Positions 28,801 through 41,040 of a stretch of DNA of 64,000 bases are shown piece by piece (position 1 is the stretch's first letter; each line of letters opens with the position of its first letter). Below the pieces are notes generated by a model. It had not been told where the DNA came from. It did not search any database and saw only the letters and a program-made list of their open reading frames with translations. The DNA is from Eledone cirrhosa (lineage: Eukaryota). The DNA lies in the NCBI GenBank assembly GCA_964016885.1, contig OZ024758.1, positions 34,472,001-34,536,000 on the forward strand, given 5' to 3'. Made by a program: the position numbers and the translations under genes.

Positions 28801-31500
28801 GTCAGAAGTCACTCCAATGTTGGTGAGAATTCATTTAAGTTCATGGTATTAGCTGTCAGAAGTCACTCCACTGTTGGTGAGAATTCATTTAAGTTCATGG
28901 TACTAGCTGTCCGAAGTAACCCCAACGTTGGTGAGAATTCATTTAAGTTCATGGTATTAGCTGTCAGAAGTCACTCCAATGTTGGTGAGAATTCATTTAA
29001 GTTCATGGTATTAGCTGTCAGAAGTAACTCCACTGTTGGTGAGAATTCATTTAAGTTCATGGTATTAGCTGTCAGAAGTAACTCCACTGTTGGTGAGAAT
29101 TCATTTAAGTTCATGGTATTAGCTGTCAGAAGTAACTCCACTGTTGGTGAGAATTCATTTAAGTTCATGGTATTAGCTGTCAGAAGGAACTCCAATGTTG
29201 GTGAGAATTCATTTAAGTCATGGTACTAGCTGTCAGAAGTAACTCCACTGTTGGTGAGAATTCATTTAAGTTCATGGTATTAGCTGACAGAAGGAACGCC
29301 ACTGTTGGTGAGAATTCATTTAAGTTCATGGTATTAGCTGTCAGAAGTAACTCCACTGTTGGTGAGAATTCATTTAAGTTCATGGTACTAGCTGTCAGAA
29401 GTAACTCCAATGTTGGTGAGAATTCATTTAAGTTCATGGTATTAGCTGTCAGAAGGAACTCCACTGTTGCTGAGAATTCATTTAAGTTCATGGTATTAGC
29501 TGTCAGAAGTAACTCCACTGTTGGTGAGAATTCATTTAAGTTCATGGTATTAGCTGTCAGAAGTCACTCCAATGTTGGTGAGAATTCATTTAAGTTCATG
29601 GTATTAGCTGTCAGAAGTCACTCCACTGTTGGTGAGAATTCATTTAAGTTCATGGTACTAGCTGTCCGAAGTAACCCCAACGTTGGTGAGAATTCATTTA
29701 AGTTCATGGTATTAGCTGTCAGAAGTCACTCCAATGTTGGTGAGAATTCATTTAAGTTCATGGTATTAGCTGTCAGAAGTAACTCCACTGTTGGTGAGAA
29801 TTCATTTAAGTTCATGGTATTAGCTGTCAGAAGTAACTCCACTGTTGGTGAGAATTCATTTAAGTTCATGGTATTAGCTGTCAGAAGGAACTCCACTGTT
29901 GGTGAGAATTCATTTAAGTCATGGTACTAGCTGTCAGAAGTAACTCCACTGTTGGTGAGAATTCATTTAAGTTCATGGTATTAGCTGTCAGAAGTCACTC
30001 CACTGTTGGTGAGAATTCATTTAAGTTCATGGTACTAGCTGTCAGAAGTAACTCCAACGTTGGTGAGAATTCATTTAAGTTCATGGTATTAGCTGTCAGA
30101 AGTCACTCCAATGTTGGTGAGAATTCATTTAAGTTCATGGTATTAGCTGTCAGAAGTAACTCCACTGTTGGTGAGAATTCATTTAAGTTCATGGTATTAG
30201 CTGTCAGAAGTAACTCCACTGTTGGTGAGAATTCATTTAAGTTCATGGTATTAGCTGTCAGAAGGAACTCCAACGTTGGTGAGAATTCATTTAAGTTCAT
30301 GGTACTAGCTGTCAGAAGTAACTCCACTGTTGGTGAGAATTCATTTAAGTTCATGGTACTAGCTGTCAGAAGTAACTCCACTGTTGGTGAGTATTCATTT
30401 AAGTTCATGGTATTAGTTTGTCAGAAGTAACTCCACTGATGGTGAGAATTCATTTAAGTCATGGTATTAGTTGTCAGAAGTAACTCCAATGTTGGTGAGA
30501 ATTCATTTAAGTTCATGGTACTAGCTGTCAGAAGTAACTCCACTGTTGGTGAGAATTCATTTAAGTCATGGTATTAGCTGTCAGAAGTAACTCCAATGTT
30601 GGTGAGAATTCATTTAAGTTCATGGTATTAGCTGTCAGAAGTCACTCCAATGTTGGTGAGAATTCATTTAAGTTCATGGTATTAGCTGTCAGAAGTAACT
30701 CCACTGTTGGTGAGAATTCATTTAAGTTCATGGTATTAGCTGTCAGAAGTAACTCCACTGTTGGTGAGAATTCATTTAAGTTCATGGTATTAGCTGTCAG
30801 AAGGAACTCCAATGTTGGTGAGAATTCATTTAAGTCATGGTACTAGCTGTCAGAAGTAACTCCACTGTTGGTGAGAATTCATTTAAGTTCATGGTATTAG
30901 CTGACAGAAGGAACGCCACTGTTGGTGAGAATTCATTTAAGTTCATGGTATTAGCTGTCAGAAGTAACTCCACTGTTGGTGAGAATTCATTTAAGTTCAT
31001 GGTACTAGCTGTCAGAAGTAACTCCAATGTTGGTGAGAATTCATTTAAGTTCATGGTATTAGCTGTCAGAAGGAACTCCACTGTTGCTGAGAATTCATTT
31101 AAGTTCATGGTATTAGCTGTCAGAAGTAACTCCACTGTTGGTGAGAATTCATTTAAGTTCATGGTATTAGCTGTCAGAAGTCACTCCAATGTTGGTGAGA
31201 ATTCATTTAAGTTCATGGTATTAGCTGTCAGAAGTCACTCCACTGTTGGTGAGAATTCATTTAAGTTCATGGTACTAGCTGTCCGAAGTAACCCCAACGT
31301 TGGTGAGAATTCATTTAAGTTCATGGTATTAGCTGTCAGAAGTCACTCCAATGTTGGTGAGAATTCATTTAAGTTCATGGTATTAGCTGTCAGAAGTAAC
31401 TCCACTGTTGGTGAGAATTCATTTAAGTTCTTGGTATTAGCTGTCAGAAGTAACTCCACTGTTGGTGAGAATTCATTTAAGTTCATGGTATTAGCTGTCA
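7494..31500. repeat. Recurrent 1671-bp (31-monomer) higher-order repeat unit, full or partial copies
   Basis: The same ordered monomer series (169-aa ORF ending VCQK, then a 110-aa ORF, then a DRRNAT ORF) starts at about 7494, 9164, 12776, 15312, 16983, 20864, 22535, 27495 and 29921. Adjacent pairs are offset by 1671 (8140/9811, 15312/16983, 20864/22535, 21834/23505); 1671 = 31x54-3. Confidence 0.88.
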
Positions 31501-33090
31501 GAAGGAACTCCACTGTTGGTGAGAATTCATTTAAGTTCATGGTACTAGCTGTCAGAAGTAACTCCACTGTTGGTGAGAATTCATTTAAGTTCATGGTATT
31601 AGTTTGTCAGAAGTAACTCCACTGTTGGTGAGAATTCATTTAAGTCATGGTATTAGTTGTCAGAAGTAACTCCAATGTTGGTGAGAATTCATTTAAGCCA
31701 TGGTACTAGCTGTCAGAAGTAACTCCAATGTTGGTGAGAATTCATTTAAGTTCATGGTATTAGCTGTCAGAAGGAACTCCACTGTTGGTGAGAATTCATT
31801 TAAGTTCATGGTATTAGCTGTCAGAAGTAACTCCACTGTTGGTGAGAATTCATTTAAGTTCATGGTACTAGCTGTCAGAAGTAACTCCAATGTTGGTGAG
31901 AATTCATTTAAGTTCATGGTATTAGCTGTCAGAAGTAACTCCACTGTCGGTGAGAGTTCATTTAAGTCATGGTATTAGCTGTCAGAAGTAACTCCAATGT
32001 TGGTGAGAATTCATTTAAGTTCATGGTATTAGCTGTCAGAAGTAACTCCACTGTTGGTGAGAATTCATTTAAGTTCATGGTATTAGCTGTCAGAAGTAAC
32101 TCCACTGTTGGTGAGAATTCATTTAAGTTCATGGTACTAGCTGTCAGAAGTAACTCCACTGTTGGTGAGAATTCATTTAAGTTCATGGTATTAGTTTGTC
32201 AGAAGTAACTCCACTCTTGGTGAGAATTCATTTAAGTTCATGGTATTAGCTGACAGAAGGAACGCCACTGTTGGTGAGAATTCATTTAAGTTCATGGTAT
32301 TAGCTGTCAGAAGTAACTCCACTGTTGGTGAGAATTCATTTAAGTTCATGGTACTAGCTGTCAGAAGTAACTCCACTGTTGGTGAGAATTCATTTAAGTT
32401 CATGGTATTAGTTTGTCAGAAGTAACTCCACTGATGGTGAGAATTCATTTAAGTCATGGTATTAGTTGTCAGAAGTAACTCCAATGTTGGTGAGAATTCA
32501 TTTAAGTTCATGGTACTAGCTGTCAGAAGTAACTCCACTGTTGGTGAGAATTCATTTAAGTCTTGGTATTAGCTGTCAGAAGTAACTCCAATGTTGGTGA
32601 GAATTCATTTAAGTTCATGGTATTAGCTGTCAGAAGTCACTCCACTGTTGGTGAGAATTCATTTAAGTTCATGGTACTAGCTGTCAGAAGTAACCCCAAT
32701 GTTGGTGAGAATTCATTTAAGTTCATGGTATTAGCTGTCAGAAGTCACTCCAATGTTGGTGAGAATTCATTTAAGTTCATGGTATTAGCTGTCAGAAGTA
32801 ACTCCACTGTTGGTGAGAATTCATTTAAGTTCATGGTATTAGCTGTCAGAAGTAACTCCACTGTTGGTGAGAATTCATTTAAGTTCATGGTATTAGCTGT
32901 CAGAAGTAACTCCACTGTTGGTGAGAATTCATTTAAGTTCATGGTATTAGCTGTCAGAAGGAACTCCAATGTTGGTGAGAATTCATTTAAGTCATGGTAC
33001 TAGCTGTCAGAAGTAACTCCACTGTTGGTGAGAATTCATTTAAGTTCATGGTATTAGCTGACAGAAGGAACGCCACTGTTGGTGAGAATT
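21600..33090. repeat. Large duplication, offset 7386 then 7332 bp (one monomer lost)
   Basis: GAGTATTC occurs at 23003 and 30389 (offset 7386). ACTGTCGGTGAGAGTTC occurs at 24611 and 31943, and AAGTCTTGG at 25226 and 32558 (offset 7332). ORF 23182 (110 aa) versus ORF 30568 (92 aa) shows the 54-bp loss. Confidence 0.88.
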
Positions 33091-35639
33091 CATTTAAGTT
33101 CATGGTATTAGCTGTCAGAAGTAACTCCACTGTTGGTGAGAATTCATTTAAGTTCATGGTACTAGCTGTCAGAAGTAACTCCAATGTTGGTGAGAATTCA
33201 TTTAAGTTCATGGTATTAGCTGTCAGAAGGAACTCCACTGTTGCTGAGAATTCATTTAAGTTCATGGTATTAGCTGTCAGAAGTAACTCCACTGTTGGTG
33301 AGAATTCATTTAAGTTCATGGTACTAGCTGTCAGAAGTAACTCCACTGTTGGTGAGAATTCATTTAAGTTCATGGTATTAGCTGTCAGAAGTCACTCCAA
33401 TGTTGGTGAGAATTCATTTAAGTTCATGGTATTAGCTGTCAGAAGTCACTCCACTGTTGGTGAGAATTCATTTAAGTTCATGGTACTAGCTGTCCGAAGT
33501 AACCCCAATGTTGGTGAGAATTCATTTAAGTTCATGGTATTAGCTGTCAGAAGTCACTCCAATGTTGGTGAGAATTCATTTAAGTTCATGGTATTAGCTG
33601 TCAGAAGTAACTCCACTGTTGGTGAGAATTCATTTAAGTTCATGGTATTAGCTGTCAGAAGTAACTCCACTGTTGGTGAGAATTCATTTAAGTTCATGGT
33701 ATTAGCTGTCAAAAGGAACTCCACTGTTGGTGAGAATTCATTTAAGTTCATGGTACTAGCTGTCAGAAGTAACTCCACTGTTGGTGAGAATTCATTTAAG
33801 TTCATGGTATTAGTTTGTCAGAAGTAACTCCACTGTTGGTGAGAATTCATTTAAGTCATGGTATTAGTTGTCAGAAGTAACTCCAATGTTGGTGAGAATT
33901 CATTTAAGCCATGGTACTAGCTGTCAGAATTAACTCCAATGTTGGTGAGAATTCATTTAAGTTCATGGTATTAGCTGTCAGAAGTAACTCCAATGTTGGT
34001 GAGAATTCATTTAAGTTCATGGTATTAGCTGTCAGAAGTAACTCCACTGCTGGTGAGAATTCATTTAAGTTCATGGTATTAGCTGTCAGAAGTAACTCCA
34101 CTGTTGGTGAGAATTCATTTAAGTTCATGGTACTAGCTGTCAGAAGTAACTCCACTGTTGGTGAGAATTCATTTAAGTTCATGGTATTAGTTTGTCAGAA
34201 GTAACTCCACTGTTGGTGAGAATTCATTTAAGTTCATGGTATTAGCTGTCAGAAGGAACTCCACTGTTGGTGAGAATTCATTTAAGTTCATGGTATTAGC
34301 TGTCAGAAGTAACTCCACTGTTGGTGAGAATTCATTTAAGTTCATGGTATTAGCTGTCAGAAGTAACTCCACTGTTGGTGAGAATTCATTTAAGTTCATG
34401 GTACTAGCTGTCAGAAGTAACTCCACTGTTGGTGAGAATTCATTTAAGTTCATGGTATTAGTTTGTCAGAAGTAACTCCACTGATGGTGAGAATTCATTT
34501 AAGTCATGGTATTAGTTGTCAGAAGTAACTCCAATGTTGGTGAGAATTCATTTAAGTTCATGGTATTAGCTGTCAGAAGTCACTACAATGTTGGTGAGAA
34601 TTCATTTAAGTTCATGGTATTAGCTGTCAGAAGTAACTCCACTGTTGGTGAGAATTCATTTAAGTTCATGGTATTAGCTGTCAGAAGTAACTCCACTGTT
34701 GGTGAGAATTCATTTAAGTTCATGGTATTAGCTGTCAGCAGTAACTCCACTGTTGGTGAGAATTCATTTAAGTTCATGGTATTAGCTGTCAGAAGGAACT
34801 CCAATGTTGGTGAGAATTCATTTAAGTCATGGTACTAGCTGTCAGAAGTAACTCCACTGTTGGTGAGAATTCATTTAAGTTCATGGTATTAGCTGACAGA
34901 AGGAACGCCACTGTTGGTGAGAATTCATTTAAGTTCATGGTATTAGCTGTCAGAAGTAACTCCACTGTTGGTGAGAATTCATTTAAGTTCATGGTATTAG
35001 CTGTCAGAAGGAACTCCACTGTTGCTGAGAATTCATTTAAGTTCATGGTATTAGCTGTCAGAAGTAACTCCACTGTTGGTGAGAATTCATTTAAGTTCAT
35101 GGTACTAGCTGTCAGAAGTAACTCCACTGTTGGTGAGAATTCATTTAAGTTCATGGTATTAGCTGTCAGAAGTCACTCCAATGTTGGTGAGAATTCATTT
35201 AAGTTCATGGTATTAGCTGTCAGAAGTCACTCCACTGTTGGTGAGAATTCATTTACGTTCATGGTACTAGCTGTCCGAAGTAACCCCAATGTTGGTGAGA
35301 ATTCATTTAAGTTCATGGTATTAGCTGTCAGAAGTCACTCCAATGTTGGTGAGAATTCATTTAAGTTCATGGTATTAGCTGTCAGAAGTAACTCCACTGT
35401 TGGTGAGAATTCATTTAAGTTCATGGTATTAGCTGTCAGAAGTGACTCCACTGTTGGTGAGAATTCATTTAAGTTCATGGTATTAGCTGTCAGAAGGAAC
35501 TCCACTGTTGGTGAGAATTCATTTAAGTTCATGGTACTAGCTGTCAGAAGTAACTCCACTGTTGGTGAGAATTCATTTAAGTTCATGGTATTAGTTTGTC
35601 AGAAGTAACTCCACTGTTGGTGAGAATTCATTTAAGTCA

Positions 35640-38600
35640 TGGTATTAGTTGTCAGAAGTAACTCCAATGTTGGTGAGAATTCATTTAAGCCATGGTACTA
35701 GCTGTCAGAAGTAACTCCAATGTTGGTGAGAATTCATTTAAGTTCATGGTATTAGCTGTCAGAAGGAACTCCACTTTTGGTGAGAATTCATTTAAGTTCA
35801 TGGTATTAGCTGTCAGAAGTAACTCCACTGTTGGTGAGAATTCATTTAAGTTCATGGTACTAGCTGTCAGAAGTAACTCCAATGTTGGTGAGAATTCATT
35901 TAAGTTCATGGTATTAGCTGTCAGAAGTAACTCCACTGTTGGTGAGAGTTCATTTAAGTCATGGTATTAGCTGTCAGAAGTAACTCCAATGTTGGTGAGA
36001 ATTCATTTAAGTTCATGGTATTAGCTGTCAGAAGTAACTCCACTGTTGGTGAGAATTCATTTAAGTTCATGGTATTAGCTGTCAGAAGTAACTCCACTGT
36101 TGGTGAGAATTCATTTAAGTTCATGGTACTAGCTGTCAGAAGTAACTCCACTGTTGGTGAGAATTCATTTAAGTTCATGGTATTAGCTTGTCAGAAGTAA
36201 CTCCACTGTTGGTGAGAATTCATTTAAGTCATGGTATTAGTTGTCAGAAGTAACTCCAATGTTGGTGAGAATTCATTTAAGTTCATGGTATTAGCTGTCA
36301 GAAGGAACCCCACTTTGGTGAGAATTCATTTAAGTTCATGGTATTAGCTGTCAGAAGGAACTCCAATGTTGGTGAGAATTCATTTAAGTCATGGTACTAG
36401 CTGTCAGAAGTAACTCCACTGTTGGTTAGAATTCATTTAAGTTCATGGTATTAGCTGTCAGAAGGAACGCCACTGTTGGTGAGAATTCATTTAAGTTCAT
36501 GGTATTAGCTGTCAGAAGTAACTCCACTGTTGGTGAGAATTCATTTAAGTTCATGGTACTAGCTGTCAGAAGTAACTCCAATGTTGGTGAGAATTCATTT
36601 AAGTTCATGGTATTAGCTGTCAGAAGGAACTCCACTGTTGGTGAGAATTCATTTAAGTTCATGGTATTAGCTGTCAGAAGTAACTCCACTGTTGGTGAGA
36701 ATTCATTTAAGTTCATGGTATTAGCTGTCAGAAGTCACTCCAATGTTGGTGAGAATTCATTTAAGTTCATGGTATTAGCTGTCAGAAGTCACTCCACTGT
36801 TGGTGAGAATTCATTTAAGGTCATGGTACTAGCTGTCCGAAGTAACCCCAATGTTGGTGAGAATTCATTTAAGTTCATGGTATTAGCTGTCAGAAGTCAC
36901 TCCAATCTTGGTGAGAATTCATTTAAGTTCATGGTATTAGCTGTCAGAAGTAACTCCACTGTTTTGTGAGAATTCATTTAAGTTCATGGTATTAGCTGTC
37001 AGAAGTAACTCCACTGTTGGTGAGAATTCATTTAAGTTCATGGTATTAGCTGTCAGAAGGAACTCCACTGTTGGTGAGAATTCATTTAAGTCATGGTATT
37101 AGTTGTCAGAAGTAACTCCAATGTTGGTGAGAATTCATTTAAGCCATGGTACTAGCTGTCAGAAGTAACTCCAATGTTGGTGATAATTCATTTAAGTTCA
37201 TGGTATTAGCTGTCAGAACGAACTCCACTGTTGGTGAGAATTCATTTAAGTTCATGGTATTAGCTGTCAGAAGTCACTCCACTGTTGGTGAGAATTCATT
37301 TAAGTTCAGGGTACTAGCTGTCAGAAGTAACTCCAATGTTGGTGAGAATTCATTTAAGTTCATGGTATTAGCTGACAGAAGGAACTCCACTGTTGGTGAG
37401 AATTCATTTAAGTTCATGGTATTAGCTGTCAGAAGTAACTCCACTGTTGGTGAGAATTCATTTAAGTCATGGTACTAGCTGTCAGAAGTAACTCCAATGT
37501 TGGTGAGAATTCATTTAAGTCATGGTACTAGCTGTCAGAAGTAACTCCAATGTTGGTGAGAATTCATTTAAGTTCATGGTATTAGCTGTCAGAAGGAACT
37601 CCACTTTGGTGAGAATTCATTTAAGTTCATGGTATTAGCTGTCAGAAGGAACTCCACTGTTGGTGAGAATTCATTTAAGTTCATGGTACTAGCTGTCAGA
37701 AGTAACTCCACTGTTGGTGAGAATTCATTTAAGTTCATGGTATTAGTTTGTCAGAAGTAACTCCACTGTTGGTGAGAATTCATTTAAGTCATGGTATTAG
37801 TTGTCAGAAGTAACTCCAATGTTGGTGAGAATTCATTTAAGCCATGGTACTAGCTGTCAGAAGTAACTCCAATGTTGGTGAGAATTCATTTAAGTTCATG
37901 GTATTAGCTGTCAGAAGGAACTCCACTGTTGGTGAGAATTCATTTAAGTTCATGGTATTAGCTGTCAGAAGTAACTCCACTGTTGGTGAGAATTCATTTA
38001 AGTTCATGGTACTAGCTGTCAGAAGTAACTCCAATGTTGGTGAGAATTCATTTAAGTTCATGGTATTAGCTGTCAGAAGTAACTCCACTGTTGGTGAGAG
38101 TTCATTTAAGTCATGGTATTAGCTGTCAGAAGTAACTCCAATGTTGGTGAGAATTCATTTAAGTTCATGGTATTAGCTGTCAGAAGTAACTCCACTGTTG
38201 GTGAGAATTCATTTAAGTTCATGGTATTAGCTGTCAGAAGTAACTCCACTGTTGGTGAGAATTCATTTAAGTTCATGGTACTAGCTGTCAGAAGTAACTC
38301 CACTGTTGGTGAGAATTCATTTAAGTTCATGGTATTAGCTTGTCAGAAGTAACTCCACTGTTGGTGAGAATTCATTTAAGTCATGGTATTAGTTGTCAGA
38401 AGTAACTCCAATGTTGGTGAGAATTCATTTAAGCCATGGTACTAGCTGTCAGAAGTAACTCCAATGTTGGTGATAATTCATTTAAGTTCATGGTATTAGC
38501 TGTCAGAACGAACTCCACTGTTGGTGAGAATTCATTTAAGTTCATGGTATTAGCTGTCAGAAGTCACTCCACTGTTGGTGAGAATTCATTTAAGTTCAGG

Positions 38601-41040
38601 GTACTAGCTGTCAGAAGTAACTCCAATGTTGGTGAGAATTCATTTAAGTTCATGGTATTAGCTGTCAGAAGGAACTCCACTGTTGGTGAGAATTCATTTA
38701 AGTTCATGGTATTAGCTGTCAGAAGTAACTCCACTGTTGGTGAGAATTCATTTAAGTCATGGTACTAGCTGTCAGAAGTAACTCCAATGTTGGTGAGAAT
38801 TCATTTAAGTCATGGTACTAGCTGTCAGAAGTAACTCCAATGTTGGTGAGAATTCATTTAAGTTCATGGTATTAGCTGTCAGAAGGAACTCCACTGTTGG
38901 TGAGAATTCATTTAAGTTCATGGTATTAGCTGTCAGAAGGAACTCCACTGTTGGTGAGAATTCATTTAAGTTCATGGTACTAGCTGTCAGAAGTAACTCC
39001 ACTGTTGGTGAGAATTCATTTAAGTTCATGGTATTAGTTTGTCAGAAGTAACTCCACTGTTGGTGAGAATTCATTTAAGTCATGGTATTAGTTGTCAGAA
39101 GTAACTCCAATGTTGGTGAGAATTCATTTAAGCCATGGTACTAGCTGTCAGAAGTAACTCCAATGTTGGTGAGAATTCATTTAAGTTCATGGTATTAGCT
39201 GTCAGAAGGAACTCCACTGTTGGTGAGAATTCATTTAAGTTCATGGTATTAGCTGTCAGAAGTAACTCCACTGTTGGTGAGAATTCATTTAAGTTCATGG
39301 TACTAGCTGTCAGAAGTAACTCCAATGTTGGTGAGAATTCATTTAAGTTCATGGTATTAGCTGTCAGAAGTAACTCCACTGTTGGTGAGAGTTCATTTAA
39401 GTCATGGTATTAGCTGTCAGAAGTAACTCCAATGTTGGTGAGAATTCATTTAAGTTCATGGTATTAGCTGTCAGAAGTAACTCCACTGTTGGTGAGAATT
39501 CATTTAAGTTCATGGTATTAGCTGTCAGAAGTAACTCCACTGTTGGTGAGAATTCATTTAAGTTCATGGTACTAGCTGTCAGAAGTAACTCCACTGTTGG
39601 TGAGAATTCATTTAAGTTCATGGTATTAGCTTGTCAGAAGTAACTCCACTGTTGGTGAGAATTCATTTAAGTCATGGTATTAGTTGTCAGAAGTAACTCC
39701 AATGTTGGTGAGAATTCATTTAAGTTCATGGTATTAGCTGTCAGAAGGAACCCCACTTTGGTGAGAATTCATTTAAGTTCATGGTATTAGCTGTCAGAAG
39801 GAACTCCAATGTTGGTGAGAATTCATTTAAGTCATGGTACTAGCTGTCAGAAGTAACTCCACAGTTGGTTAGAATTCATTTAAGTTCATGGTATTAGCTG
39901 TCAGAAGGAACGCCACTGTTGGTGAGAATTCATTTAAGTTCATGGTATTAGCTGTCAGAAGTAACTCCACTGTTGGTGAGAATTCATTTAAGTTCATGGT
40001 ACTAGCTGTCAGAAGTAACTCCAATGTTGGTGAGAATTCATTTAAGTTCATGGTATTAGCTGTCAGAAGGAACTCCACTGTTGGTGAGAATTCATTTAAG
40101 TTCATGGTATTAGCTGTCAGAAGTAACTCCACTGTTGGTGAGAATTCCTTTAAGTTCATGGTATTAGCTGTCAGAAGTCACTCCAATGTTGGTGAGAATT
40201 CATTTAAGTTCATGGTATTAGCTGTCAGAAGTCACTCCACTGTTGGTGAGAATTCATTTAAGGTCATGGTACTAGCTGTCCGAAGTAACCCCAATGTTGG
40301 TGAGAATTCATTTAAGTTCATGGTATTAGCTGTCAGACGTCACTCCAATCTTGGTGAGAATTCATTTAAGTTCATGGTATTAGCTGTCAGAAGTAACTCC
40401 ACTGTTTTGTGAGAATTCATTTAAGTTCATGGTATTAGCTGTCAGAAGTAACTCCACTGTTGGTGAGAATTCATTTAAGTTCATGGTATTAGCTGTCAGA
40501 AGGAACTCCACTGTTGGTGAGAATTCATTTAAGTCATGGTATTAGTTGTCAGAAGTAACTCCAATGTTGGTGAGAATTCATTTAAGCCATGGTACTAGCT
40601 GTCAGAAGTAACTCCAATGTTGGTGATAATTCATTTAAGTTCATGGTATTAGCTGTCAGAACGAACTCCACTGTTGGTGAGAATTCATTTAAGTTCATGG
40701 TATTAGCTGTCAGAAGTCACTCCACTGTTGGTGAGAATTCATTTAAGTTCAGGGTACTAGCTGTCAGAAGTAACTCCAATGTTGGTGAGAATTCATTTAA
40801 GTTCATGGTATTAGCTGTCAGAAGGAACTCCACTGTTGGTGAGAATTCATTTAAGTTCATGGTATTAGCTGTCAGAAGTAACTCCACTGTTGGTGAGAAT
40901 TCATTTAAGTCATGGTACTAGCTGTCAGAAGTAACTCCAATGTTGGTGAGAATTCATTTAAGTCATGGTACTAGCTGTCAGAAGTAACTCCAATGTTGGT
41001 GAGAATTCATTTAAGTTCATGGTATTAGCTGTCAGAAGGA
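35640..41040. repeat. Nested duplications with offsets 3443 and 1290-1291 bp
   Basis: ORF pairs 35692/39135, 35961/39404, 36445/39888 and 37146/40589 are offset by 3443. Pairs 37146/38436 and 37844/39135 are offset by 1290/1291. Shared markers are TTAGCTTGTC, AACCCCACTTTGG, GGTTAGAATTC and GATAATTC. Confidence 0.85.
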
